64,000 bases of DNA, taken from sequence record NC_031107.2, one strand, 5' to 3'. A program made the position numbers and the translations under genes. The notes under the pieces are model-generated. The model saw only the letters and a list, made by a program, of their open reading frames with translations, ran no database searches and was not told the origin of the DNA. Shown one piece after another: positions 48,231 through 58,758 of the stretch. Positions within the stretch are counted from its first letter, which is position 1, and every line of letters begins with the position of its first letter.

Positions 48231-49109
48231 TTAGCCGCGGAGCTGCTGAGCCATCTGCTCGTCAGAAACAGAACGGTAGCCACCCGGAGTCGCATCGACA
48301 TCAGGGTTAATGCCATCAGTCTGCTGAGACGGAGTCAGCCACAGTTTACGCTCGTAAGGGCGCAGACCGTACAGCTTCATGCGTTCCAGTTCCTTCGCCG
48401 CTGCCTGCATCGGGCCCCAACCTGTCCATTGCTGGGAGGTGAAGGTGATAGACAGTTCGTTGGTCTGAGGACCGGTGTTCGGGTCACGCTCACCGATATC
48501 CTGACCAGAAGTTTCTGGAGCCATGTTGGTCAACCACCAGGCGTTCTGCGGTTTGCGGTTGTACGCATCCGGTTCGAAGTACAGCACGGTCATGCTGTAC
48601 ATGTCTGGCAGGTGATCCGGCACGTTCGGGTTGATAGCGGCCAGACCAGGGTGACCAGTCTGGGGATCGCACACACCGTACACGAGCCATGCCCACAGCA
48701 TGTTCTGGTACACCTTACCGAGTTTATCCGGCGTGGTGTGTGTAACAGAAGACAGCGCTTCCGTTACCAGGCCAGCTTCATACTGGACGCGGTTGTTACG
48801 ACCCTGTTGGGTCTGCACATACTCAGCGCTCAGGGTTTTGTCCAAACCGGTAATCGTGGTGTGAACCTCGATAAACGATTTGATTGCCTGACGCCACAGC
48901 TGCGGGTTCGGCATGTAATCCACCCAACGAGGGAATTCCATGACGCGCGCGATGACGTTACGGCGCAGACGGCTGGCGTTCGTAACGAACTTACCAACCT
49001 GTCCAACCGGGCCGTTTTGGCCCGAGGAGAACGGGTTGACCATGTCGTACGTACCACCGTCGACATGCAGCCCCTGATCAGGAAGGATCATACGATCTTT
49101 GATAGACAT
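48231..49109 (-). CDS. Tail tube protein (phiKZ gp30-like)
   Basis: 292 aa immediately downstream of the sheath gene; highly biased codons; synteny. Confidence 0.75.
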   Translation of the reverse strand: MSIKDRMILPDQGLHVDGGTYDMVNPFSSGQNGPVGQVGKFVTNASRLRRNVIARVMEFPRWVDYMPNPQLWRQAIKSFIEVHTTITGLDKTLSAEYVQTQQGRNNRVQYEAGLVTEALSSVTHTTPDKLGKVYQNMLWAWLVYGVCDPQTGHPGLAAINPNVPDHLPDMYSMTVLYFEPDAYNRKPQNAWWLTNMAPETSGQDIGERDPNTGPQTNELSITFTSQQWTGWGPMQAAAKELERMKLYGLRPYERKLWLTPSQQTDGINPDVDATPGGYRSVSDEQMAQQLRG

Positions 49110-49112
49110 CTA

Positions 49113-51155
49113 TTAGCTCTCCCGACGGTAGACTTTGATAGTGGTGTTGAACTGAGTCAGCAACACACCGCCGGTCGCATTCAGATCCAGCGTGACGGAA
49201 TAACCGTTCGCTTTGTCATCAGCCGTGAAGTACGCGCTTGGGGTCACGTCCGCAATGCCATCGAGGCGGTTTTCCAACCGTTCGGTGACTTTGTTTTCGA
49301 TCATTTTAGCACGTTCGCTGTCCGTCATGCGGTTTTCACCAGACATGTCTGCCCACACACCATCAGACACACGGTAAACGTAGGTCATGATGAAGTTGAA
49401 CAGTGCGTTGTTCAGCACGGAGCGGTCTTCGCTGTAGATGGACTGAATCGCCGGAATGAACAGACGATAGTAGTCACGGCTACGGGCAGTGATGAGCGAC
49501 ACATCCCAGTCGGACGCATACACTTCATTGCCTTTCCACGGCATACTCAGATCGTACAGATCTTCGATGATCGTCTCTTCACCGCGGCTAAAGCGGTATG
49601 CAGGGTTCGCACGACCTTCGCCAGCACCGAGATACTTCGAGAAGAAGCTTGCGATGCTGTAGTTCATCGGAACCGGCTTCTTGTAAGAAGAGTTACGGAT
49701 GAACGCAGTCTGACCGGTCACCATACCACGCGCAGCCGGGGTACCGTAGTAGGCACTTTCCGGAACGGAGGTGATGAGTTCGATCAGCGCGACTTTGGCA
49801 CCCTCTTCGGTTTGCAGGTCATTACGGCCCTGGTCGAAGACGTGGGTACACAGCGTCAGGAAGGTGTTACGCGACTTGCCGATGAAGTTCACACACGCTT
49901 CTTTGGTGTCGAACGAGAAGCCCGAGTCCCAGAAGCAGCCGAGTGAATATTTCAGTTCGTTGTCGTAACGGACTTTTCCGTCTTCGGGGAACAGCAGCAT
50001 TTCACGACGAACGAGTTCATCGTAAACGGTGTCACCCATGGTACCATCGCTACCACCTTGCAGGTAGTGGATGTTAGACCCGGAGAAGACCATCTTGCCG
50101 GTTTCGGTAGCAGGGTTAACCTGCAGGCCGTCATACGGCTGACCGATCAGGTCAAGGCCGCCGAAGATGTCGACCATGTACGGGTCGGCAATCGTGACGT
50201 TTTGGACAGCAGCTTGCGCCAGGCCCAGAACAGTTTCGAGGTTCTCACGGTAGATATAGAACTCTTCGAACGGACCGTAGTCTGGCAGCCCACCGACATC
50301 CGGCATCGTCTTGCGATAGCCATCAGGAATGATGGTTTCGAAGTCGAGCTGGGTGCGCATCGGCAGATAGTATGCATCAGGCTTAAAGCTGAAGTTCATG
50401 CTGCTGAGACCGTTGATGGTTTTCCAGACCACCGGTGACGTCACACCTTCCAGGGTTTCGAACCACTGGAGTTGGTACATGCGACCACCGACAGTATTCT
50501 GGTACGAGGAAGCCATCGTTGGATTGGACTTCTCGTTCAGTGGAACCATCTTGAAGCCAAAGCCGTTTACGTCAGCGCCCGCGTACGGACCCTGGACATC
50601 AAACAGCGGGTAAAGCTTGGATTTGGTACCGCCATCGCCGGTCATGGTGCCGTCGGTTACGAGACCACCCTTGAGAGGGGGAGTCGTACTATCGATGACA
50701 ACAGAACGGAACACGATGACGATACCGTCAACCTGCTCTTTGACTTTGGGCTTGCCAGTCGCATCGTACTGGATAACCCCATTTACGCGTTCGTACGCCG
50801 GAACTTTCGTTTCGAGCACGTCAGCAAACACACGGATAGCTGCAGTTTTCGCATCATCCGGAACCAGACGCTGATACATACACTCGTTGCCGTTGGCGTT
50901 GAACATCGCCTGGTAAGGCGTGTTGAACGTCGCGTACGGGCCGCGCAGGTCAAAGATACTACGACCAAGCAGAGACAGTGCATTATCCCCGGTTAACGGG
51001 AACGCCTCGTTGTCTACCCCGCGCGCGGCAAAGGTGAAGATCAGCGGCTTATGAATCGGATCACCCGTAGGGGTCCGTACAAGCGCGGCGACGGAGTTAT
51101 CCTGCCAGCCTTGCTTGTTATTCAACGGCGCGCCGTTTCGTGGAATAAAAGTCAT
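49113..51155 (-). CDS. Contractile tail sheath protein (phiKZ gp29-like)
   Basis: 680 aa; C-terminal sheath-like WDSGF...; divergent from the baseplate/terminase operon as in phiKZ-like phages. Confidence 0.8.
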   Translation of the reverse strand: MTFIPRNGAPLNNKQGWQDNSVAALVRTPTGDPIHKPLIFTFAARGVDNEAFPLTGDNALSLLGRSIFDLRGPYATFNTPYQAMFNANGNECMYQRLVPDDAKTAAIRVFADVLETKVPAYERVNGVIQYDATGKPKVKEQVDGIVIVFRSVVIDSTTPPLKGGLVTDGTMTGDGGTKSKLYPLFDVQGPYAGADVNGFGFKMVPLNEKSNPTMASSYQNTVGGRMYQLQWFETLEGVTSPVVWKTINGLSSMNFSFKPDAYYLPMRTQLDFETIIPDGYRKTMPDVGGLPDYGPFEEFYIYRENLETVLGLAQAAVQNVTIADPYMVDIFGGLDLIGQPYDGLQVNPATETGKMVFSGSNIHYLQGGSDGTMGDTVYDELVRREMLLFPEDGKVRYDNELKYSLGCFWDSGFSFDTKEACVNFIGKSRNTFLTLCTHVFDQGRNDLQTEEGAKVALIELITSVPESAYYGTPAARGMVTGQTAFIRNSSYKKPVPMNYSIASFFSKYLGAGEGRANPAYRFSRGEETIIEDLYDLSMPWKGNEVYASDWDVSLITARSRDYYRLFIPAIQSIYSEDRSVLNNALFNFIMTYVYRVSDGVWADMSGENRMTDSERAKMIENKVTERLENRLDGIADVTPSAYFTADDKANGYSVTLDLNATGGVLLTQFNTTIKVYRRES

Positions 51156-51193
51156 GGAACGTCTCCATAATTCGTCTTAAAAGACCTGTGGGT

Positions 51194-51202
51194 CATACTA
51201 AG
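51194..51202 (-). promoter_or_regulatory. Candidate late promoter CTTAGTATG
   Basis: 38 nt upstream of the sheath start; identical to 9414-9422. Confidence 0.5.
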
Positions 51203-51213
51203 GTATCAATCTC

Positions 51214-52122
51214 ATGGCACTCGAAAACGCTTACAGCGGCAATCCCTTTAACAGCATTGACCTGACAGGCATCAAAGCTGGGCTGGAATTGGCCCGTTCC
51301 CTTAATCAAACCAGAGCGCAGTCTGACGAAGTTCACTACGTTATTGAAACTGCCGATGTAAAATCGTTTCCACTGCCGATTGTGATCGGCGACGATGTGT
51401 ACGTAGACGCACGCACGTTTACCACGCTGGACAAATCCGGCGAGCTAAAAATTCGTAACCTGACTGAGCACGCACTGCGACTCGACCAGGCACGTTGGGA
51501 ATTAGTGTGGAAACGGAATGGTGGAAAGCTGGGTGCACTGATGTCCCAGATGTATTATCACCATGAGATTTTCAGTAAGTGGGTAGTCGATGCTATCGAC
51601 CACGCAAATTCACTCGCTCCATATCAAAGCGCACAAGTCAAAGCACTGGCCGCACTTTTCTCCGTTGGACAGTTCTACAACAACTTCGAAGACGAAGTCA
51701 AAGCGCTGCGTATGCAGCAGATGTTGGAGAACGAACTGGGGATTGCTGCGGAAGTTTTTGAATCTGTGACCGGACATACTGATTACTTATTCCCCCGCAA
51801 CATCACCGAATTCGTCGAGATGGTGAAAGCGGCGGACATCAGTTCTCGTCTGAAAGATCTCAGTGTAGTCAGCCTGCAAGGGATGCTCTCCGCCAGTTTC
51901 GGTCCGATGGTCAGTTACGATCGTCAGTTGACCACCTGCGCTATCGAGTACCCGCCTGCGCTGTTCTGCATGACCAAAGCGTGTCTGGACAATAACATCT
52001 TTAACCGTTTCCGTTTCGGGGGCGTAGTGAAGAAATCCAACGCAGCGAAGAAACGCGACAAGTTCGAAACGTCCTTCAACGTGTTGATGAACCAGTACAC
52101 AAAACCCCTGAACATTAAGTAA
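51214..52122 (+). CDS. Virion structural protein (phiKZ gp28-like)
   Basis: 302 aa, first gene of the operon ending in terminase; synteny. Confidence 0.6.
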   Translation: MALENAYSGNPFNSIDLTGIKAGLELARSLNQTRAQSDEVHYVIETADVKSFPLPIVIGDDVYVDARTFTTLDKSGELKIRNLTEHALRLDQARWELVWKRNGGKLGALMSQMYYHHEIFSKWVVDAIDHANSLAPYQSAQVKALAALFSVGQFYNNFEDEVKALRMQQMLENELGIAAEVFESVTGHTDYLFPRNITEFVEMVKAADISSRLKDLSVVSLQGMLSASFGPMVSYDRQLTTCAIEYPPALFCMTKACLDNNIFNRFRFGGVVKKSNAAKKRDKFETSFNVLMNQYTKPLNIK

Positions 52123-52132
52123 GAGGCCCACT

Positions 52133-54652
52133 ATGGAGAACTGGCTGGTCGCCCACGCGGTGAAAAACGCGTGGCAGCGTCCCTACCTCGATGGGGTGTT
52201 AAACATAGCACCCCTCCGACTCTCTCCGCAAACCGGGGCGATCGGCTTTTTCAAATACGGTCGGCAGGCTATCCCTCTTCCGAAAGAGGGTAGTTGGTGG
52301 CACGCGTTTGCGATTGATAAGTTACACGTTAACCGCGGTAACTTAGCGATACCGGTGGAGCGCTGGAAGAAACTGTCTACCTGCATGAACGGGTTCAGTA
52401 CCTGGATGCAGGTTTACAACGAAGACGGGACAATTGTTCCGGCGGACTCCGTGTATTTCTGGCGTACGGTGGCAGGGCAGATTTTCATGGCTATCCCGCA
52501 AACCGATCGCTACAAGTGGTTAGACACTGAACCGTGTTATCTGCGTATCTACGCCGGGTACGACGGTGGCGAGAATGCCCCGGTGATTAAGAAAACTTTC
52601 ACCGAGTATTACGCCCCGCCTAACCCACAACAGATTCAGGTGGTACTCGATCGCTATAACCTGTTGCGGGCACAAAACATTGGCTACGTTGACCTGTGGG
52701 TGAACGGTAAGTTAATTGTGAACCCAACCACGGCAAGCATGAAGTCCTGGGACGATGTGGATATCCGGGTTGATGGGCGTGCACGACGGGTTATCGATTA
52801 CCGCTGCGGTGACTTACCGACCTTCTACTCCGAGTTGGATAAAACCCGTAAATACCTCCTGCACATTCCGAAGCGCGATACACAGTGGGTGTTTAATGAC
52901 GATTGCGAAATCCAGTTGCTGTGGAAAGGCGAGGGGCGTTATTACCACCGGCACCGGATGCAATCGGTTCGTCAGCTCACCTGGAACGACCTGGCCATCC
53001 CGACCGAGCGCATCTCGAAATACCGTAATGCGTTCAGCACCCCACTCAACGATATCGACGAACTTACCATCCGGGTAATCATTCGTGACGACTATCTTGA
53101 CCTGGCACCGCTGTACAATTCGTCTCACACCCATGACCTCTATCGGTTGTCTGACGAACTGATTATCGATGCGATGGTCGGGGCGAATGCCAATGTCACG
53201 GAGTGGCAGGCTGCGAACCTGGAGCAATCCGCTGCGAACCAGTTGGCGGCGGCTAAGCTTCGGAACATCACTCGCGACCTGTGCACCGATGCCTACGGTT
53301 ATAATGCGGTGAGCCGTTATGCAGCAGATACCCCGCAACGTTTAACGCCGAAGGCTAACGGTACCTGGCAAGCAGTGTTGCCTGATCATCTGGCTGCGCT
53401 CTCGACTGTGTACGAGTATGACGCCGATGGGGTGTTGTTGGGTAAACACGCGAACAAAGGTTACGACGTTTACATCGCCCGCGATCCCGATGCCCGGATT
53501 ATCGAAGCGATTGCCTCTGAGTCATCGGACGCAGTGCACATCGTTGATAACGCACCTGACTTTGAAATTGCCGAAGGTGAAAATGTTAACTTGTGGATAC
53601 GCATGTTGAAAAACGAAGTGCCCACGGATAACTACTACCAGGCTGTGGAAGGGGAAGATTATCAGCGTACCGATAATCAGATTACCTGGACGGTTGACCG
53701 GACACGTCGCCACCCTACAGTGATTTACGACGACAAACATTTGTTCTTCGAAGTGGATGTCAAAGTTAGCGAAGGGCAGATTCGTGTACCGATCGTCGCA
53801 CGCAATCAGGATGACCAGCAGCGCACTTTGTGGATTCCGATGGAGTCGACAGAAGCGTGGCTGAACGGCCACCCCCTGGTGCAGACCATTGATTTCGTGG
53901 GGATTTGGCCTGAGGTCGTGGTAACTTGTAAGTCGTGGATGAGTGACGGCGACACTAACCGGGTAGCGATCCGCTGTCGGGGCGTGACCGGAACAATGCG
54001 CATTCCGAAGTGTGGATTTGTGTCAAGCGGCTTATTGTCGAACAACAGCCAGTATGACTGTCGTGACGATAAAGTCATCCGTGTCATCGGCGGGGGTTCG
54101 CTGTTATTACGTGATGAAGTGGTGTTCCGTGAGGACAATGCGGTAGGTACGGATTTGGTGGCGGACGGTTTCCCGTATTCCGTAGCCGACCCGACAATAC
54201 CTCTGCGTACGCTTATCAGCGGCGATTTGTATACGCTGCGTGATAAGGCGCGTGATTTGGACGAGCGTGTTGAGGCTTACCTCACCAACTGGTTCCCAAC
54301 GCCGCCCCCGGTTAACCCGGTACCACTTCCAGGGCGGTATCATCTGTACTCCCCGACCCTGAACAAAATCCTCTGGGATTACCTCGGTGGAATTTTGATT
54401 CTGAAAGAGGACGACCCGGAATACCGTATCTCTACCACACAGCTGGACGAAGTCATGGAACGTTACAAAGACCTCCTGCCTTTTGACCCAGCATATATCG
54501 GTTACGACAAAGCGTTTGTGAAACTGCATCCGCATGTCAAGTACGAAGTGGTGGAAGTGAACGAGTTAGGCTTTGCTTTCTTGGATCGCGTAAATCAGCG
54601 CTATCTGAATGGCGAGGTGCAGCTTAACCAGTATCTGAAAATCAAAGGTTAA
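52133..54652 (+). CDS. Baseplate structural protein (phiKZ gp27-like)
   Basis: 839 aa; GAGG RBS; synteny. Confidence 0.65.
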   Translation: MENWLVAHAVKNAWQRPYLDGVLNIAPLRLSPQTGAIGFFKYGRQAIPLPKEGSWWHAFAIDKLHVNRGNLAIPVERWKKLSTCMNGFSTWMQVYNEDGTIVPADSVYFWRTVAGQIFMAIPQTDRYKWLDTEPCYLRIYAGYDGGENAPVIKKTFTEYYAPPNPQQIQVVLDRYNLLRAQNIGYVDLWVNGKLIVNPTTASMKSWDDVDIRVDGRARRVIDYRCGDLPTFYSELDKTRKYLLHIPKRDTQWVFNDDCEIQLLWKGEGRYYHRHRMQSVRQLTWNDLAIPTERISKYRNAFSTPLNDIDELTIRVIIRDDYLDLAPLYNSSHTHDLYRLSDELIIDAMVGANANVTEWQAANLEQSAANQLAAAKLRNITRDLCTDAYGYNAVSRYAADTPQRLTPKANGTWQAVLPDHLAALSTVYEYDADGVLLGKHANKGYDVYIARDPDARIIEAIASESSDAVHIVDNAPDFEIAEGENVNLWIRMLKNEVPTDNYYQAVEGEDYQRTDNQITWTVDRTRRHPTVIYDDKHLFFEVDVKVSEGQIRVPIVARNQDDQQRTLWIPMESTEAWLNGHPLVQTIDFVGIWPEVVVTCKSWMSDGDTNRVAIRCRGVTGTMRIPKCGFVSSGLLSNNSQYDCRDDKVIRVIGGGSLLLRDEVVFREDNAVGTDLVADGFPYSVADPTIPLRTLISGDLYTLRDKARDLDERVEAYLTNWFPTPPPVNPVPLPGRYHLYSPTLNKILWDYLGGILILKEDDPEYRISTTQLDEVMERYKDLLPFDPAYIGYDKAFVKLHPHVKYEVVEVNELGFAFLDRVNQRYLNGEVQLNQYLKIKG

Positions 54653-54654
54653 TC

Positions 54655-56298
54655 ATGGCCAAGATTGCGACCAAACTAATCGACAAGGATCGCGGGTTCG
54701 AAGTCTGGGACCCGTCGGAACTGTACGAGGCGGGGCGACCTACTGGGTATGTCCCCAACCCGCGCGACCTTATCATCAACGAACTGACCAGTGGTTTCGA
54801 CCGTGTGGTCAGCACGAACTACGCCGTACCGAGCTGGGAAGTTGAACCGTTCGGTGGTGTAGGGGTAGCGAATCAGGATGGGCGACTGAACGGTCACTAT
54901 CCGCTGCGCTCTGACAAATACCGTGTGTACGTGGACAGTTCTAAACTGCCTGCGACCATGGTGATTGATGCCGACATCTCCTGGGACGGCCCGGACATTG
55001 ACGGGGTGCGCATTCTGCGTGGCTCCAACGTGTCGGACAGTGCCGAGATTCTCTCTGGCTTCTACAAAGATGGCAAACTGAAATACACCTATCTGCCGAC
55101 CCAAACCATTTCGGTGGAAGGGGTAGAGACAGTGGTGAAGAAAACCTTACCGGGAAGTTGTCTGGCGGAAGTCAGCAACGGGGAAGAGTGCATGTTCGTC
55201 GTGTACTCGGACGTCGGTAATGTGGTTCAGATTTGCCACGGACGTGTTATCAAAACCAACCTGGTCATGGCGCAGGAAACGCCTGCCCGTACGGTACTCG
55301 GGATTAAACTCGTGTCACCGTTCTTGGTTGATGACGATGGCACCACGCTGACGCTACCGATTAACATGCCGCTGGACTCTATTCCACTGTGGTGTGATAT
55401 CCAGTACAGCGACGGTACCAAACGACTGCCAATTGACCAGGCGCGTGTGAAGTTCAATGGTCTGCGTAACTCCGGTTCGCAGGACACCTTCTACATCTCG
55501 TCGAATGCCGGGAACAACCTGCCGTGTGTGCTGAGTTATCAGCTGGCGAAAGGGGAAACGTATGGCGGGACGGATGTGGTCGGGGACACGATTGTCAAAG
55601 ACTACACGGCAGTCACCGAACAAGTTGATGGGGCCTACTCCATGAAACTGTTCGTGGTGCCACGTTGGTTGGATGCAAACCGTGGCTTCCGTCTGGACTT
55701 CCTGCTGTATAACCTGACCCGTGGTAAGGTGTACGATGCCAGCGCGAATATCCAGTACACCAGTGGTACAACCTTTGACCCGCTGCTGATGGGTGTGAAA
55801 CAACGTCTGAACGTACAGGTCGACATCTCTAAAGTTGACCCGCAGTTCCGTGCGTTTATTCAGGCGCAGTCCTTCTCCATCACGTTGGTGAATCCGGGTA
55901 ATGAGCTGAACACTAACTTCCTGCTGGAGTATCTGCCGGACGGGTTGAAATACGGCGAGAATATCTGGGCCGAATTCAAATACTCGAACGTCAACTATTC
56001 CGAACTGGACGTCAGTGTCGATGCAGCCTCAAAAGCCGAATGGCTTAAAGCGCTGTATGAGCCGGTGTATCCACTGTACGATCGTCGCAACGAAACCGGG
56101 CCGCTCGAACCGACCCACTTCGAAATCCACGTTGGGGGCCAGGTCTATACCTACGCCGTCGATGAGTGGATGACGAAGAAAGTCATCGACTACCGTGTGC
56201 CGTTGGATGCACAACTGGTTATCCGTTGGTTACGTCGCACACCGACCGATACGCTTAATCTTGCGGCCACGCCAATGCTGGCGCACCACATCGAGTAA
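54655..56298 (+). CDS. Baseplate/virion structural protein (phiKZ gp26-like)
   Basis: 547-aa beta-rich protein; synteny. Confidence 0.6.
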   Translation: MAKIATKLIDKDRGFEVWDPSELYEAGRPTGYVPNPRDLIINELTSGFDRVVSTNYAVPSWEVEPFGGVGVANQDGRLNGHYPLRSDKYRVYVDSSKLPATMVIDADISWDGPDIDGVRILRGSNVSDSAEILSGFYKDGKLKYTYLPTQTISVEGVETVVKKTLPGSCLAEVSNGEECMFVVYSDVGNVVQICHGRVIKTNLVMAQETPARTVLGIKLVSPFLVDDDGTTLTLPINMPLDSIPLWCDIQYSDGTKRLPIDQARVKFNGLRNSGSQDTFYISSNAGNNLPCVLSYQLAKGETYGGTDVVGDTIVKDYTAVTEQVDGAYSMKLFVVPRWLDANRGFRLDFLLYNLTRGKVYDASANIQYTSGTTFDPLLMGVKQRLNVQVDISKVDPQFRAFIQAQSFSITLVNPGNELNTNFLLEYLPDGLKYGENIWAEFKYSNVNYSELDVSVDAASKAEWLKALYEPVYPLYDRRNETGPLEPTHFEIHVGGQVYTYAVDEWMTKKVIDYRVPLDAQLVIRWLRRTPTDTLNLAATPMLAHHIE

Positions 56299-56341
56299 AA
56301 CCACTCCTCCTCTCCTTCGGGGGAGGAGGTGAGGAGATTGT

Positions 56342-58450
56342 ATGATACTGCGTGAATCTGATTGGGGGTACTATCCGGGCTCGTTGCCGGATGACACCAC
56401 ACCCAATAAGAGCTTTATGAAATTTGCGAGTTTGCTAAAACAATTGGGCGTCAAGCATTATTACGTCCACCTCGCGCTGCACAATCCAGATTTGCTGGGT
56501 GTCGACCCGTTCTCTCCAGACCTGACGTTGGAGCAGAAGGCTGCAATCATTACTGAGTGCGCTGAGAACCCGTGGTACTTCTTTCGTGAATGTGTGCGCG
56601 TACCTGCGGATGGTATGAAAAACGGTTTACCTTTTCGTATCGACCGCGGTAACTTCTCGATGTACTGGATTTTCTTTAACAACATCGATGCGGCTGTCGA
56701 GTTCCTTCGTCAGCACGGTAAGACGGTGGGGATGTCTGCGCTGCTGTTATGGCTGATGCGCTTCCTGGAAAACTCCCGTACGATTCTCGTGACCAAAGGC
56801 CCTGCCCTGCGTGAAGAAACCATCAACAAGATGAAACAGTTGCGCAACGGATTACCGGACTACCTCTGGCCACATCACCCAGATGACCCCGACAACCGCG
56901 AGACATTCGCCTGTCTGGCACAGGGTAACAAGTTGATTACCGGCATCGGCCAGAACGATGCAGAATCAGCAAACGGTGTGGGCCGTGGACTGACAGCCGG
57001 TCGACTGTTCGGCGATGAAGGCCCCTTCACCAAAAACATCCACCACATTCTTCCTGCGGCGCTGGCATCGGGAACGGCTGCGCGCCGTATCAACGAAGCC
57101 GAAGGTGTGCCTTACGGTAACGTCTTCGCCACAACGCCAGGCGACCTGGCCACGGAAGAAGGTGCGTACATGTACGAACTGATGACATCCGGAATTATGT
57201 GGGATGAACGTTACATTGACATCCCATCGCGTACCCAGCTGATAGACATTATCCGCAAAGGGTCTACCGCGAAGATTCCACGTATCATGTTCTACGTGAA
57301 ATACAACCACCGTCAACTGGGCACCACCGATGAGGAGCTGGCAGACATGATCGCCAACGCCCCAGGTACCCCAGACCAAATCCGCCGTGACTTCGGTGGG
57401 GAATGGACAACCGGTGGCTTTAACAAGCCGTTCTCGGGTGATGACGCGCGTCGCATGAACGCCTCGAGAATGCGTGCGGTTTACAAGGACATCTCGCCGT
57501 CGAATTACGTAACAGACTGGTATTACACCGAAGAAGAAATGATCACCAAGTTACACGATCGCCACATCATCGGATTGGATACCTCAGAAGCGGTTGGTCG
57601 AGATGCGATAGCCATGTCTATCGTGAATTCCAGCAACGGGGAATATGCTGGTAAACTTACAGTGAACGAAACCAACGTCATCGGGTTTGCTATTCACTTG
57701 GCAGACTTTATGGTGCGGTATCCGAACACTGTCCTGATTCTGGAACGACGGTCAACCGGTTCCTCCGTAGCAGACGCAATCATCCTTCAGCTGCAGACGC
57801 GAGTACCCGACTTACACCGTCGCTTGTATGTGAAAGTGACCCAGGACTATGCTCGTACTCATGAGCTCTATAAAGAGTTCCACCGTGGTCCGGTGGGGAG
57901 TGCAGAACGGTTCTGGGACAAATTCCGTAAATACATCGGTTTCTCAACCGACCAGGATAAACGCCGTAAGTTGTACGGTGAAGTCTTCACCATGGCGTTA
58001 CGCCTCACCGCGGATACATTGCGGTCGGGGGAACTAATCGACCAAATCCTTAGTCTGGTTGAACGTAATGGTCGTATTGACCACAAAGCGTCCGGTCACG
58101 ATGACTTGGTTGTTTCATGGTTACTGGCAATGTGGCTACTTCTCTTCGGCAACAACTTAGGCCATTACGGCATAAGCAACAGTCGCCTGATGATGCGTAA
58201 CCGCAACCTGCTAGAGAACAATGAGAACATCGATGAAGAGGAACAGGTCGAGGAGGAAGAAAAGCAACAAAAACTGATGGGGGAAATCGAGGCGGCGATG
58301 CGGGAGGCCAACGGTCTCACAGACCCAGTTGCCCAAATGCGGAGTCGAAATCGGTTGCAATCTCTCATTGCCCAACTCAACACTGATACGCGGAATGTCG
58401 CGTCGATGGAAAGCTTAAAAGAGCTTATCCAACGTCAGAGGATGAAGTGA
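56342..58450 (+). CDS. terL: Terminase large subunit
   Basis: NPWYFFRE, Walker A LRQHGKT, Walker B LFGDE, coupling ATTP, RNase H-like IGLDTS...GRD and HDDLVVSW motifs. Confidence 0.93.
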   Translation: MILRESDWGYYPGSLPDDTTPNKSFMKFASLLKQLGVKHYYVHLALHNPDLLGVDPFSPDLTLEQKAAIITECAENPWYFFRECVRVPADGMKNGLPFRIDRGNFSMYWIFFNNIDAAVEFLRQHGKTVGMSALLLWLMRFLENSRTILVTKGPALREETINKMKQLRNGLPDYLWPHHPDDPDNRETFACLAQGNKLITGIGQNDAESANGVGRGLTAGRLFGDEGPFTKNIHHILPAALASGTAARRINEAEGVPYGNVFATTPGDLATEEGAYMYELMTSGIMWDERYIDIPSRTQLIDIIRKGSTAKIPRIMFYVKYNHRQLGTTDEELADMIANAPGTPDQIRRDFGGEWTTGGFNKPFSGDDARRMNASRMRAVYKDISPSNYVTDWYYTEEEMITKLHDRHIIGLDTSEAVGRDAIAMSIVNSSNGEYAGKLTVNETNVIGFAIHLADFMVRYPNTVLILERRSTGSSVADAIILQLQTRVPDLHRRLYVKVTQDYARTHELYKEFHRGPVGSAERFWDKFRKYIGFSTDQDKRRKLYGEVFTMALRLTADTLRSGELIDQILSLVERNGRIDHKASGHDDLVVSWLLAMWLLLFGNNLGHYGISNSRLMMRNRNLLENNENIDEEEQVEEEEKQQKLMGEIEAAMREANGLTDPVAQMRSRNRLQSLIAQLNTDTRNVASMESLKELIQRQRMK

Positions 58451-58686
58451 TGACTCTTACTTACTATATCGTAGTAGCCCTTATGTGGGTTTGTCTGTTC
58501 TTGATGGTAAGACATACCTGCACCGTAGTGAACATATACGGGCGGCGTAACGGGGCGTGTGTACGCACGGTTCGCGCAGCACAGTTCACTGGTGTATTAG
58601 GTTTACTTGTCGTCGGCACGGGCACAACCTACGCGGCGCATGTGGTGTTTACACTCCATGCGTTAGCAGTCTCCGGAGTCCATTGA
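58447..58686 (+). CDS. Small two-transmembrane-helix protein
   Basis: GTGA overlap with the terL stop; hydrophobic segments YYIVVALMWVCLFLMV and FTGVLGLLVVGTGTTYAAHVVF. Confidence 0.55.
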   Translation: MMTLTYYIVVALMWVCLFLMVRHTCTVVNIYGRRNGACVRTVRAAQFTGVLGLLVVGTGTTYAAHVVFTLHALAVSGVH

Positions 58687-58713
58687 TCACAACTCAAAAA
58701 ATTAATTCGAGTT

Positions 58714-58758
58714 AGCCACTACCCGTTTCATGGGGTAGTGGCTTTTTATTTTATTTTT
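58714..58758 (+). terminator. Intrinsic terminator between convergent genes
   Basis: agccactaccc/gggtagtggct stem plus T tract. Confidence 0.8.

Noticed and set aside
48207-49946. 579-aa plus-strand ORF
   Set aside because: Antisense shadow of the tail tube and sheath genes, produced by their biased codon usage.
34780-58450. Introns or inteins in RNAP and terminase genes, which are common in some jumbo phages
   Set aside because: The ORFs are continuous, of expected size, and show no LAGLIDADG/HNH or intein C-terminal HN-C/S/T signatures.
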